NCBI RefSeq assembly: GCF_036321535.1
Contig: NC_087438.1
Span: 8,868,001 to 8,932,000, forward strand
From: Camelus dromedarius
Taxonomy: Eukaryota
Length of the DNA: 64,000 nt
Reading direction: 5' to 3'
Shown: piece after piece, positions 1 through 14,059 of the stretch
Layout: each line of letters opens with the position of its first letter
How positions within the stretch are numbered: the first letter of the stretch is position 1
Program-made: the position numbers and the translations under genes
Notes under the pieces: generated by a model
Databases searched by the model: none
What the model saw: the letters and a program-made list of their open reading frames with translations, nothing else
Told to the model about the DNA's origin: nothing

Positions 1-711
1 CACCGCAGAATGTGGGAAGAAACGAGGCTACATAAGTATAAAGCAGAACGGGGCACCTGTCCAGGAGGTGGCTGTCATCTCAGGGGTTTGCCCTGGAATG
101 CAGGGAAATCAGCTGTGCTAAGGGCAAGGATTTCCTTTCCCTCCCAGTGGCTGGGCATCTGCAATGGAGGCAGAGATGGGCAGAATGCCTTTAGGGAGGG
201 CCAGGAAGACAAGGTGGCCCTTTTTCAGAGTTAACACTGCATTCTGGTGACTGGCACTTTCAAAAGAAGGGCAAGAATGGGTAACTGGGCAGATCATGAG
301 CCTCTCTCACTAAGGCTGCCCCTCAAGAATTTGCTTCAACAAGTGTTCTGGAAATTTGCCAGTTTGCAGCAGCATCCTTTCTCTAGGGGAATACAAGGAC
401 GTATAAGGAAGAAAAATTATGAGATTCCACTACTGAACATTAAGTCTTTGAAGACAATGTTCAAAAGGGAGAAATTACAATGCAAAAAGTTGAAGACCAG
501 TTCCTTATGGAAATAAGGCAAGAGGCTAAATACATACACCCACGTACACACACACATTCATACATGTTGATCAACCTTGAAAATGTGCTTACCACATCCT
601 CTGAGAGCGAGGAGATGGCTGGAAACGAACTTGGCCACATCATGGAGGTGGGAAGAGGTGGGGCTGAGAGATGAGGGCTTTCCGTTTAGGGGGCATCTTA
701 ATAGTTTCCTA

Positions 712-915
712 ACTGGTGTCACAGGCTCTGGATACAGAGTGCAGGATGGGAATCCGGGGTCTAACACTGACTGATGTTGTGGTACCTGTATGCCAAATTA
801 GCACAATAATGGCATCAATGATGGTGATTGTGAGCATTGTCTCAGTCAATCTAAGCAATGTTCTAGCCTTGCATCTGGCTCAGTCAATGTCTACTAAATA
901 TTATTATTATCATCA
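712..915 (+). mobile_element. Degraded MIR SINE
   Basis: 'acaggctctggatacagagtgcaggatgggaatccggggtct' resembles the MIR head, and 'gcatctggctcagtcaatgtctactaaatattattattat' resembles the MIR tail. Confidence 0.45.
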
Positions 916-1719
916 GTCTTCTTTTTCCCTATTTGATTATTTGCCAGAAAAGGAAAGAATAAATAAGAAAACATATATCCAGAATATGAAACCTGGCAGA
1001 ACAGTGAAAATTCAGTAGGGACTTCTGTTAAACAAATGATAGCTGTTTATGTAGGACTGCAGGTAGGAGACAGGTAGGTCTGCATACAGACATATCCGGT
1101 AGGAACAGATGGCATATGTAGTCTCATGGGAAGATTTTCACCAGAAGAATGCATTTATTTATCCTTTCAGCTCTTGTCAGATATTAAAATATACAGATTA
1201 GTTTTTTATATACCCTCCAATATGTCTGGCCAACTCCTCCCCTCTTCTTCCTCCTACTACTAAAGATTTCAAAACAGATGTACGTCTCAAAAATTTTATG
1301 TTTTCTGAAAAAAAAATCGACCTTCAAAAAGTCTAGTTCATACTTCCATAAAGCTGTTTAAAAATGGTTTGGGAAGCAATGTTTTAGACATTTTGCTTAG
1401 AAAAGTGCTACTGAATAGTCAGATTCGTTTTTCTTACTAGAGGTAAATATAACATGGTTAGTTTTCTATCAGAGACATTAGCTTATTCAGTTAGTTCTGG
1501 GATGTCAAATACCAAATGTTTATTTCTCTCTCTGTCTCTGTCTCTCTCTTTTTCTCCCCTTAACTCCTGCTACCTTCTGCCTCTCTATATATACAGAAAC
1601 TTCTCACAGAATATTGTACACTTTTTTCTACTAGAAAGAAGGGGTAAATGAATGTCTTAAGATATTTTAAAATGTAGAGTACAGGTAATCTATTCTGAAG
1701 CCAACAGCAAAGCCCTTTT

Positions 1720-4700
1720 TCCTTATTTTTTTGAACTTTATTTGAAGTGTGACAAACAGAGAAAAGAGAAAAATTCTAACTGAATAACTCAATGAATTAC
1801 CACAACGTCAACTGACTTAAAACCAAGTACAGGTCATTACACTGAAGATTTTAGCACTCAGAGAAGCTTCTTGTGTCTCCAGCCAGTCGTTAACCCTTCA
1901 CTCCTTCAAGAGAAAAGGGCTATCATTAATTCTTAAAATAGAGTTTCACCTCTTTATGGCTTGAAATAGAATTGGATCATAAAATTGGAATTGTTTCATG
2001 TGTCTGGCATCTTTCACACAAGATTTTGAGATTATTTAAATTGTTTTACAGAGCTATTATTTCTTCTTCAAATGCTCACTAGTAGGCAATCCACTGCATT
2101 GCTAATTAGCGTTTGTGTTGCTTCCAGCGCTTGGCTACGAAGAATAAATCAGCTCTGCACTTTGTCATGTATGTGTCTTGATGCACCCATGCATACATTT
2201 CTGTTGAAAATACACCGAAGGGTGGAATGGCTGAGTCATGATACTTGCTTATGTTCAGTTTTAGGATCTTCTGACTGCCAGTCATCCATTGTACCAATGA
2301 GCACTTGCTCAAGAAGTGTAGGGGGGAGTCATCGTTCTGCAGCGTTGCCAGCTCCAGGCATAGTGAAAGGCTCTTACCTTTAATCGTTCTGGAGGGTGTG
2401 TAATGATAACTCCTGTATAATTTATAGGCCACCTTTATGCTTATTCACGATAGGACACTGAGTTAGTGATCTTTGGTGCACTGTCTGTTCGTTTCTTGCC
2501 CTTATTTCCACTCTGTTGTGTGTCTCTAATTATCCAGCAGGGCTTTGATTATTCTGTATATGAGCCATTTTTCAGTGTGCGTCCTATAAATACCTTCTCT
2601 CACTCTATCTTTGTTTTGCAATTTCTTAAGTGTATATTTTGATAAAGAGAAGTTCCTATTTTAGGTAGTCCAGTTTATCGATATTTTGCTCTGTAGTGTT
2701 CGTGTGCTCTGTGTCTTAAATTTTTTTCTTTGCCAAGTTTAACTTACACCCCTCATTACTTAAGAGTGTGTATGTGTGTGCACACCCATGTAACTTTCTT
2801 TTCTTCTAATGAATTTATCAGGGTTTTGTATCAGATCTATGCTAGAAAAAAAGCTGTTTGTATTTTCATTTTTTCTTATTTCTTGAAGAGATGTCTAAGA
2901 TTGGCATGACTTATTTCTTAAATGTTTGGTTGATTTCGGTAACAAAATCATCTAGACCTTGAATTTGTCTGTGGGGAGGTCTTTAGTTATATATCCTGTA
3001 TACATTTTTCAAATTTTATTTTTCCTTCTGTAAGATTTGGTAGGTTTTTCTTAAGTTTGTTGCTTTCATTTCAGTTTTCAAATGTATTGGTCTATATTTG
3101 TGCATAATATATTGTTATATTAATTTAACATCCATAAGCTCTGTAGTGAAGCCCCTGTTCGTTCCTGATAGTGATTATTTGTACTCGTTTTGCATTTTCT
3201 ATCAACTGGTCTTGCCAAGAATGTATCAAGTAAATTAGTCTTCTCAAAAAAACAATGTTTATTTTTGTTGATCTCTTTAATCTATTTCCTGCTATTATTT
3301 TTATTATCTGTTTCTTTTATTTTATATGGATATAATTTGTTATTAATTTTCTTTCACAGAAGGATGTTTAACTCATATTGTCAGCCTTTTCCTTTTTCAG
3401 CGTATGCAGTTAGGACCATAAAGTATTCTTTAAGTATGGCTTTGCTGCATTCTACAAATTTTCATAATTTATTATTCAGTTCCAAGAATGTGATTTCATT
3501 GTGATTCCTTCTTGGAACAATGGATTATTTTGACCTCAATTTATGAATTTTTTTAACTCATGAGTTTTTTTTTCTGATTATTCTCTTATTATTATCCGTT
3601 CCTAGCTTGCTTGATGGTGCTATGCATGAGAACATAATTAATAAGATTTAATCTTTTAAATTTGATGACATTTTAGTTACACATATGATAAAATTTTGAC
3701 AATTCCATTTAACTATTTCTTATTGCACTGACCAGAAATTCCAGTAGATGAATTGACTTTACTCCTTTACAAAGATGAGTGGACTATATTCGTGGGGCTC
3801 TTTCTGGGCATTATATTTTGTCCTGTTGCCCTATTTGTCTATTCTTTGGCCAATATCCTGCTGTCTTGATTAATACGACCTTATAGTAAGTCTTGATTTT
3901 GGAGAGTGTGAGTCCTCTGGATTTGTTTGCTTCTTCAGTGTTATGTTCATTTTTCTGGGTCTTTTGTCTTTCTAAATAAAGTTTAAAATTAATTTATTGA
4001 TATCTATAAGATAACTTTCAGGGATTTTTATTGAGATGCATTTATTATTATGTAATGCCCCTCATTATCCCTGATAATTTTCCTTATTCTGAAGTCAGTT
4101 TTGACTATAGTTAATATAGCTCCTCCAGTTTTCTGTTGTTTAGTGTTGGAATGGTATATATTTTTCCATTCCTTTAGTTTTATCTTTCACTTTCCATTTA
4201 AAGTGTGTTTCTTGTTCACAAGATAGAGTTGAATCTTGATTTCATATCCACTCTTAACAATCATTTTCTTTTAACTGGTGTGTATCTAGACCATTAATTT
4301 GAAGTGACTATTAGTATCATTGAATTTAATATCTCCATGTTTATGACTGTTTCTATTCTTCAAATGTATGCTTTTCTCTTTTTAAATGTGTTCCTTTTTT
4401 TTACTTTTTTCCGGCATTATTTGAGCTTTTTATTTGATTCTCTATTACTCCTCTCTTAGCATATTAATTATATTTCTTTAAATTTTTTTTAGTGGTTGCC
4501 CTAGTGTTTGCAAAATACATACACAACTAACCTAGCCCACTTTTATTACACTTTATCACTTCATGAGTGGTGCAGGTAACTTATAACGGAGTATTTCCAT
4601 TTCCTACCTCAAGCCCCTCATAATATGCCTGTCATTCATTTCACTTATTTATCTATAGGTCAATTAAGATGAGAAAATAACAGATTTTATTTTACCTAAA

Positions 4701-4830
4701 TTTTTCCTTTTCAGATGTTTTTATTTATGTAGATTTGAGTTTCTGACTACATCATTTTACTTCTCTCTGAAGATCTTTCAACAGTTCTTGCAAGGGGGGG
4801 TCTATTGGTGACAAATTCTCTCAGTTTTGA
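1720..4830 (-). mobile_element. Mosaic of old LINE-1 (L1M/L1MC-ME type) fragments: 3' UTR, ORF2 and upstream parts
   Basis: Long T-rich stretch with antisense L1 motifs, e.g. 'ctgctgtcttgattaatacgaccttatagtaagtcttg', 'catctagaccttgaatttgtctgtggggagg' and 'gtaatgcccctcattatccctgataattttcc'. No intact ORF. Confidence 0.8.
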
Positions 4831-5009
4831 TTAGACTAATGATGGATCAGACAGGCTATAACCAGAAAAATAGAAACAACTTTACTTCTTTTTGAAACAA
4901 TGTAAATGTAAAGCAAATAATTTTAACAGAAGTGATAGAACACCTAGAAGTCAAATGAGAGTTTGTGATCTCACTAGAACAGAAAAAAAAAAAAAAAAAG
5001 CCCAGGGAA

Positions 5010-5325
5010 TGTGGGACCACTGGGCTGGATGGACAAAAAGCATCAATCACCTGAGTTTAGAACTTGGAATCGCAGCAGCCTGTCAAGTAGGAGCTGAATA
5101 CAGGGAGCAGAAGCTGCCACCGACAGAGAAAAGGCTTGGGGTGGAGAACAGGGGAAAGAGACCTACTGGGTCCTTCCTCTGTCTGCTCCCCAGTCCTCCC
5201 ATGGGCCAACCGCAGTGGAAGACCCTGACAAGAGCCCGGGGAGACATGTGCTTTCAGCAGCCAGACCTCTGTTTAACAGAGTAGCATAGACAAAGAATGA
5301 GGAATCCATCTGAGGGCAAAAGACT
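5010..5325. mobile_element. ERVL-MaLR LTR fragment (MLT1K/L-like)
   Basis: 'cctcccatgggccaaccgcagtggaagaccctgacaagagcccggggaga...ccatctgagggcaaa' matches the recalled old MLT1 terminal segment. Confidence 0.55.
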
Positions 5326-5379
5326 CAGAGGCATTTAAATATTGTACTTGTTAATACCCCAGGAACATTTGTCCAAGAA

Positions 5380-6140
5380 AGAAATCATTGATCACCATAC
5401 TGTGCCAAATGCTAATACGGCAGGTGCTGGAGAATAAAAGGACTAAGAAAATTAAGCAAATGATGGAATGTTATGAAAGGAGAGGTTCAGCGTTGTGGGG
5501 CTCTGTTGCAGGGATCCTGAACCTAGAGTCTTGTCAGGGTAACTAGCATTCTTCTCTCTTCCCATCCCTACAAGGAAATGAACCTTACATGTGTAGGTTA
5601 GGGAAAATGGAGGGAGGAAGAAGGTCCTAGACAGAGGGCAAACCAGGTTTGAATACAAGAAGGTATAGTACCCTGAAAAGTGAGAGTAACACAATGATTG
5701 CTTTTGTCTCTTGAAAGAGTGAGAGGGCTCGGTGAGGGAAAGAGAATGGAAATTTCTTAGACATCAGTGGTAAGGTCTGCAGAGCCAGATTGTGTAGCTC
5801 CTTGAAAAGCTTGTCAAAGTTTTGGGTTTTATCCTCAGAAGAGTAAGACATAGAAAAAAAGAAAAAAATTATGACCAGATAGAGACCTTCAAGGAATTTC
5901 TTTTACTGCAGGTGGTAAACTGACCACAAGCCTCTGAGACTAACAAGGAAAAAATGGCAGTGGTTCAAAAAAGAGATGATGGAAGCTTGGACTTTGGAGA
6001 GTGAAGTGAAGAAAGCAGTCATAAATGATGCTCAGAGCTATTTATGCTGAAAAATAAATGAGATTTGGTGATATTTGTTTATTCAGTTATTCATTCATTC
6101 AACACATTCAATAATATTCATTGAATAATTATTATGTGAA
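5380..6140 (-). mobile_element. L2 LINE fragments
   Basis: Purine-rich antisense L2 motifs ('gccagattgtgtagctccttgaaaagcttgtcaaagttttgggttttatcc', 'aagagatgatggaagcttggact') and a (TTCA)n-type tail near 6085-6130. Confidence 0.65.
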
Positions 6141-7839
6141 TGAGGTAAGTTGGAATTTATGGAGTAGTTTAGACATGTTATAAGAAATTACACATAGAAT
6201 TAGAATTATTAATATATGTTAATAATTAATAATAATAAATAATAATTGAGGGTGAAGAAGCAAAATGTACATACATAATTATGTTGATTATTAGTGTACA
6301 AAAGGAAGCACTGTTATTTTTAGTCATGGTGATTTTTAACATTAAATAATGCTACCATGATAAATCACAGTTAGCCAACACTTTAGGAACTTTTTATACC
6401 ATTGATAGATTTTGCTACATCAGGATGCATTCATTGAAATATAGACACACATTAGTGAGGTTATTGATTGAGGATACTGATTTAGCTTGGGATTGTGGAA
6501 GGAAGGCAAAACGTAATTGGTTTATAAAGAAGTACATCTGAACACCCTGTCATTGCCTTTACCTAGTAAGTAATTAAATGGAGGAGATGTGAGAAAATGA
6601 TCCATTCTTATGTAAGCAATTAATGTCAATGAATATCACCTATACTAAATATTCAACCCATTAGGATATTTTACAAGCAGACACAGAAAAATCAGGTCTT
6701 ATATAAACCTTATGAAAATTTCCTGTAATTAAAAGCATGAGTATCAGCTATTTGAGGATAGATTTTCATATGTAACAAGAAAGCTGATGCTAGCTGTAAA
6801 CATGGTTTATAAAAAAATACTCTCAGTGCAACAATGTCCATAGACACCCCAAAATATACTTGGTGATATATCTAAATGCTGCAGCAAAAATTAAAGTCCA
6901 TACTTTTGAAAACTTATCAATGCAGATTTTTCATCCATAAACCCTTAATACAAAACGTGCCTTGAATTACACAAATATAAGAGTTCCCTTCAATATCATA
7001 AAAAAAAATAATAAATGAATGAATAATATAGGAGTCTTCGTTCCCCACTCTGCTAAATAAAATGGAATTCCATACATAGTACTAAATCCATGGCAGAAAT
7101 AAATACCCCTTTTAATAGCTTCCTGCTGGCCAATTTCAAATTTGGTCCCTAAGTTCCTATTGAAGGAAATGACACATTTAGAATGCGACTGTCATCTATT
7201 ATGGCAAATGAGTAAAAATTTTCTCATAAAAATGAAACATTTGGTGCTACAGACATAATTTTATGTCTTGGATAAAAATTTAATACTAGATAATTATGTA
7301 CATGCACATGATCTTTTCATGCTTTATCTCCACTCTGGAAAATTCCTCCAACCATTCTGAGTTTATTCAGTTTCCTGTTAGCCTCCATGGTCCGGGTGAG
7401 TCCAGACCATGTACTCTGGTCAGTCTTCCAGTTCTCAACAGGTTCCGTTCGTCTGGTCCTGTAGAAGAAATGCTTATTCAATCTTCATATAGTAGATATT
7501 TAAGAGTTTTGGAATAAAAAATAGCCAGTTTTCAAAATTTACTTACTAGCTGATGTAATTTCAATTTCTAAGCCTCATTTTATTTTGGTGTAAAATGATT
7601 GTATTGTAATTATTTTTCTGAGGATTAACTAAGGTAGCATATGTGAACAGTCCTATAAAATATAAATATAAACTAGATTTTCTTCCTCTTTGTGTAAGAG
7701 GTGTGTTAGACACTGTCTGAGGCTCTGAGCATTTACAAGAAACAGCTTGGCACCTCCTGAAGCTCACATGCTTTGTACACAAAGAACAGGTGAAGCCTCT
7801 GGTGTTATTCTTGCCCCAAGTCCCTGCTGGTTCATACTT

Positions 7840-9315
7840 CCCTTCTCTCTTAGATGTTGGGTTCCTCAGAGCTCATTCCTAGTCTCTGGCTCTTCCCTCT
7901 CTGCACCCTCACAAGCCTTTGCATTCTCAAGTCTTCATTAACCTGGAAATGTTAGCAGACTCTAAATTTCTACTCATACCCCAGAATTGTCTTTCAACGC
8001 TGACTTTATATGACCAATAAACTATTTGACATTTGAACTCAGGTAAATCACAGACAGCTCAGAGCTATGTTTCCAGAAGCCTTGATACTCCCTTCCCAAT
8101 TGGGTTTTCCCTCCTGCTTCCCCCTTTCGGTAAATGACACTGCTATCTACCAAATGCCTTGATCCAGAAACTTTGCCCCTTCTTCCTTCTTCTCTTACTA
8201 TTAGCATCCACATCAGAACCTCCAGGCAAGCCAATTTTCTTCCCAAATTATGGTTGGAATATCTTCACTTATCATCACTTTTGCTACTACAACGTGAATA
8301 CAAACCAGTGTTATATTTTGCGTTTAGTATTGTGGGAGCTTTCTGATTTTATTCTTCTTCTGTTGGTCCTCTCAACTCTAAAATCCTAAAAATAACAAGA
8401 GTAATCTTTTGCAAATGTAGGTTAGATCAGGCAACTGCCCCTATTCAAAAGGATTTCCTAAATTTAAATAAAATTCAGGCTATATTACATGACATACACA
8501 AATGTGTACAACTCAGTCTCTGTGTTCCTCTGCAGACTCACTTTATATCACCTGTTTATGTAATCAGCATTCTTCAGTTTCTTGGGTCCTCTCTCTTTTG
8601 CTTCTTCAACTTCATGAGTCTTCCTCGTTCTTTGGTTTTATCATACGTATTTCTTCAGGGAGATCTACACACAAATGAAATAACCCTCATTAGATGTATG
8701 GTAGATTGATGTGCAATATCCTTTTCAACCTTCTTCTAGTGTCCTTTCATTTAAGGTAGAAAAAGGAAAACCACAAATAATATTTTCCAAACTCTGCGTA
8801 CCTAAGGTTGGGCATGAGAGATGAGTCTTAGCTAATGGGATCTAAGTGGAGGGGATGTTTGAGCCTTTGGGTGGTATTAAGATGCAGTAATGAGCCATTC
8901 TGGAAAATGTGGGTGAAATGAATCCCCTAGGGATGGTGGAATAACAAAATGAAGGATTTGGTCTCCGAAAATGGGTGGCTGGTGCCTACCTTTTTTTCAA
9001 CTGTTATGTGAGAAGGGAATGGATTTTTTTTTCCCCCATAAAACCACTGTTATCTGGGGGGGGTTGTTAAAGCATTTGGCTTTATTCATGCAGCATTACT
9101 ATTCTTTATCTCTGAGTTCTGTTTACTTCCTTCACATTTCTTAATTATTAACTTATTTGCTTGTCAGATATGTGTCACCTCTACTAGACCGACGGCAAGA
9201 CAGAGGAGGGCGGGAGCTTCCGTGGCTCTGCTGATTATTGGATATCCCGGGTCTGTTTCAGCCCTTAGTTCATAGCAGCCTTGCAATACAGATTGGTGAG
9301 TGTATAGATGAATTA
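7840..9315 (+). mobile_element. L2 LINE 3' region, interrupted by an MLT1-like LTR
   Basis: Pyrimidine-rich L2 motifs ('gggttcctcagagctcattcctag', 'gtaatcttttgcaaatgtaggttagatcagg') and an L2 3' end at 9160-9315. Confidence 0.65.
8700..9085 (+). mobile_element. MLT1 (H/J-like) MaLR LTR fragment nested in L2
   Basis: 'taaggttgggcatgagagatgagtcttagctaatgggatctaagtggag' and 'aaaaccactgttatctgggg...ttgtta' resemble MLT1. Confidence 0.5.
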
Positions 9316-9384
9316 GAATAGAAACATTATTGGATTGAGTAAATCTTTCGGAACTATTCCTCACATGATTTTTTTATGTGAAAC

Positions 9385-9506
9385 TCCCACGAATCCCCAA
9401 GGGAGCTTAATTCCGACGTAGCCGATTGGGCCGTGGATGGTTGCAGCTGGGTATCGGGAGCTTCCTGAATGATTCCAAAGCACAGCCAAAGTTAAAGAAG
9501 ACGCTC
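9385..9506. mobile_element. MER5-like hAT-Charlie remnant
   Basis: 'agcttcctgaatgattccaaagcacagccaaagttaaagaagac' resembles the MER5 terminus. Confidence 0.4.
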
Positions 9507-12500
9507 ATGATGGTTTTCTCAAGGGAAATACAGCCCCCCATTAAAATAATAAGGCATTGTTTGACAAGATATTTTGAAATTTAACATGAAATGATCTGTC
9601 AGATATTTTGATTGGTTCATTGACCTAATGTATGGGCAGCAAGACCAAGGAAAGAGAAAATTAACCTACAGAGAGATAATGTCATCCTGCTGAGTCCAAT
9701 TGTAGCTAGTAAGATCAGACATAAAAATAAAGCCTGGAAAAGGACTCAGAGGAATAACATGGGTCACAGAACTCCACAACTGATGTCATCTTGGATGTGC
9801 TGTTTGTCTGGCCTTGACAAGAAAACATTCTGTCAACACTGCAGTCCCCTCACCAACCATCTTCATCCTCTCTGCGTTGTCTGTTAGTGGCCAGCACCAT
9901 TAAGATACTTATCAGCAACTACACCAAAGGTTCTTGTTTGTTTGTTTTTTAAGTTTAAAAATATATGATTTACAATATTATGTTATAAACAGCTTGAGAC
10001 AAAAATTACTGACCACACTACACAATGCAATAATACTTTTTCTAAGTAGTTAATAAGCAAACACACTTAGACCTAATATGTAACAGACCATCGTCTACAG
10101 GGTTCCATAAATACAGAGGTTTGTTGGAGCTTCAGGGCAGTTTTGGCTATGGAAATAGTTTCTAACCTGGCCCTCTTCGGATTTTCCTGTACTTTCATAT
10201 TTATGATTCAAATAAAATGTCAGTATTTTCCTGCCTCCAAAGCTACGACATTCATCTGCACAGAGTAATTGTCTCGGCCCCTTTAACTAACTGCTACTCT
10301 GTGCTAATGATACAGGACTACTTTTTCCCTCCTGTACCTTCCTGTGTAATATCAGAACTCAAGGAGGTGACCCCCTTCCAATGTGTGTTCTACAAAACTC
10401 TTTGCCGTGACTGCTTACGATGGTTTTTTCTCTTCTTCTTTGGATTAGTGACCGCAGTTGAAAAGTCAGTTGTGCCTTTTTGAGAGAAGAGAAGCGCCTC
10501 TTGTCTGCTAGCGGAGGAACAAACGCGGTGCGTTACAGAGCTCAGTGACCACGCTCCTCCGTGTGCAACGCTAGTGGCTCCTCCTTCAGCGATAGCCTAC
10601 GTTTAACACTAGCTTTTATTACTACTTTTGATTATATGAGTAAAAGAATTAAATTACATACATTGCATCACAGAACTAGAGATACTTTTGTATTTCACAA
10701 TAAAGGGCTAGCAAAATTTATTGAGTGATAGTAGCCAACAACAGAGTTATGGATGTTAAAATTTTATATTGAAGCTTTACAACTTTCATTATGATTATAC
10801 AAACATAAGAAAGCAAGCTACTTTCCCCCTCTATCTTCCAAAATGAAATAGTAAATCCTTTCCTAGAAAAGAGAATGAATTAACTGCTAAAGAAGTCAGA
10901 ATCAGGTATTTGCAAATCATAGGTAAAATGATCCTTATAACTACTCATAGATCAGGAGTAGTATGTGGCCCAAGCATCCTTTGTACCAAAGGAAAAAAAT
11001 GGCACCATTTCTACAGGTGTAACCAGCAGTTAATTCTCTTGTATGTTTGCATTCTACTAAATTTGTATAATTTACAAGTATATTATATATTTATTAAAAC
11101 TATGTATATATTATATCTACATACATTTTTATAAACACAAATTATTACCTTGCATAAACAAGTTTTTGAATGTTAAGTTATTCTCAAAACTATAAGAATC
11201 TTGGACAACTTTAAAAACAAATAAGAACTTGATATTTATAATATTATAATTGTATATTTGCATATAATATATTCATACTATAATTAGCTATAATTGAATA
11301 CATGCTAAGCTATAGTTTCAAGTACAATCACTGGGTGATTGGCATCATGGAATAAATACATAGAAGTTACAATCCTAAATTCATTGAGTTTATTCCATTT
11401 CTTTAATTGTCATAAGATAACATAAAGTACATGCATGAACTCTAAAGTCACAATGATGAACCAAACCCAGGCACTGTTCTTGCAAGTTTCAAGGATAAAG
11501 TAAACAAACTTAATTTGTGTCAACAAAATACACTGTGATTTTTATGTAACAAGAAAAACATTTGCAATTCTTAATGTATGAACATGTAAAACATGACTCC
11601 ACAAATACTATATACATGAGATACATGTAATTTTTCCTGATTTTATGGACCATATATGTGTCTACTGAACTATATCTTTGTGAGACTCAGTGAAAAAATT
11701 TATTGCATTGGGTTTGATGATGAGAAGTCAAGGGAAATCCATGGATCTACAGTATCAAGACTAAATTTAATAAGTACTTATTGTGCAACCAAATATACAA
11801 ATGAAAACCAAGTATTTGGAACTAGACTGTGTGCCTTGGTATCACTGGTTCAGGCCACAGGAAAGATAAAACTTCAACCTTTGGTAAACCTTTAATTTTT
11901 AACACTATGCAGACTAATTATCATATAAATTTTGAAAGAAATCCCCATGGCCCTCCTAAAAATAGTTCTTGATTTTCAGAAGTGAAACATTTGTGAAGGT
12001 TCTCACCTCTCAATACGTCTAATTAGCTTTCTTTGTGCATTGAGACCTAGAAGTTTCTTTCAAGATTCAAAGCTAAAGTTAGAAACTTAATTTCAAGTGA
12101 TATCAAAACCTGGCCTGATAGCACTTTGATTTTCAATATAAAATGAAATGCTTGAGAAACTATAGGCAAATTATCATGTTAAAGTAGAGGCATCTGTCAG
12201 TGGTTCAGCCCTTTTAAAACACTTCTGCTGCAAGCTGTTAAAATTGTAGCAGATAACTCGGAATTCTCATTTTCATATGTTTTTGAATTTTTTATTACTT
12301 GCACTACAATATTACATTACTTACAACATTTTTACCTTAATATATATGAAAGAAATACATACATATTGAAGTTGAAACTACATTTAGGGAGATGTCTCCA
12401 AAGTATTTACATCTAATTTTGCTTTAAAATCAGTTCTATTCTGAACTCTAGAATAATGTTGTTCTTGCACTTAGTATCGCTTATCCATGGCTAGAAAAAC

Positions 12501-12547
12501 CTTAACCCATTCACAACTTCTTACAATTTCCAAAAAAAATATTACTT

Positions 12548-12634
12548 AAGATACATTATACAAAAAAAATTCTTCATCTGAAGTTAGTTTAACTGGGCAT
12601 CCTGCAATTTTCTTTGCTAAATCTGTCAGCTGTA
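12548..12634. mobile_element. MER53 hAT DNA transposon half
   Basis: 'atctgaagttagtttaactgggcatcctgcaattttctttgctaaatctgtcagc' matches the recalled MER53 terminal arm. Confidence 0.7.
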
Positions 12635-13288
12635 TGATAGGGAAACTTCGGAAGCAACTTAAATGTTCATCAATGTATATCTTCATATGGCAAATGTAAC
12701 ACAGTACATATACATATACACATATACAATGCATATACAATGCATATATAGCAAATATAACGCAACACACGTCAGCTACTCTTCCAAGTACTTTCCAAAT
12801 TGCTCTGAGAAATTTCTTGTACATTTAATCCTATTCTAGTGTCTGCTTCTTGGATGATCCAAACGAACACTGAGAGTACACTGGTCCAGGTGGTCTAGAA
12901 CGTTACTGGTGACAGACGTGATGTTGGTGACCCTTCTTAAGCTATGAAATGACTATGGCTGTATAGGTACATCTTAGAATTCTTGAACAATACAACTCTG
13001 TCTTCAAAGATAGTGACATTTTTAAATCATTTCTTCCTGTGATAATGATTTATCCACTGGGGAAATAAACTGGAATTAGCAGAGCATATTTCCACTTGAT
13101 TTGGGCATTCTACCAGTGATTTATAAATTATATATCATTTGCCTTGATATTTATGTCATGAGACTTTAAGCTTGTCATCCCTACTAATCATCTCAGATGT
13201 AAAATGAGGAAGCAAGAAGGCAGAATAGACGGCAAAGGCAAGAGCAGCAACCAGGTTTTCTTCACTCTGCTTGGGTATCGATAGACTT

Positions 13289-13307
13289 CCAACACTAGGG
13301 GGCAGTA
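13289..13307 (+). promoter_or_regulatory. Candidate CTCF site
   Basis: CCAACACTAGGGGGCAGTA is one mismatch from the CTCF core CCASYAGRKGGCRS. Motif only. Confidence 0.45.
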
Positions 13308-13351
13308 CAGAGGTGTCAGTGGTTTACACAGACATTTCAAATGGCTCAAGC

Positions 13352-13771
13352 AAAGGATGAAATCTCGCCATTTGCAACAGTGTAGATGGATCTAGAAGGT
13401 AATATGCTGAGTAAAATAACTCATACAAAGATAAATACCTTATAATCTCAAACAAACAAAACAAAATGAAAATAGACTCATAGATACAGAAAACAAATGA
13501 GTGGTTGCTGGAGGAGAGGGGAAGGAGATGTGAAATAGGTGATGAGGATTAAGAGGTACAAACTTCCAGTTATAAAATAAATAAGCCATGGAGATGAACT
13601 ACACAGAATAAGAAATATACTCCATAATACTGTGATAACTTTATACAGGGTCAGGTGGTTATTAGACTTATCGTGGTGATCATTTCATAAGGCGTGCGAA
13701 TGTCAAATCACTATGTTGAACACCTGAAACTAACATAATATTGTACATTAACTATATTTCAATTAATAAAA
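13352..13771 (+). mobile_element. 5'-truncated LINE-1 3' end (laurasiatherian, L1MA9-derived type)
   Basis: 'gatgaaatctcgccatttgcaacagtgtagatggatctagaagg...aagaggtacaaacttccagttataaaataaataag...cacctgaaactaacataatattgtacattaactatatttcaattaataaaa'. Confidence 0.9.
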
Positions 13772-14059
13772 GAGAGAGTTTCACCAGCAGATGGCCAAGG
13801 AAACTATTTTCAGGTTTAGTTTAACTATAGATTAATTATTATTTCATGTTATCTGGTGTTGAAAACTTAATACATTTGAAAAAAGTACTCTTTTGAATGA
13901 TTCTGTCATTTGGAATTATGGAGTTTTATTTAATAATTTAAAAAAATTATTAATTGATTATAAGCCTTGAAAGAGGGAATTTTCTTTGATCTTTGACCAA
14001 GAATTAACATAAGGTATAGATTTACTTTTTTAAAAAATCGTCTTTTCTTTAACTATAAA

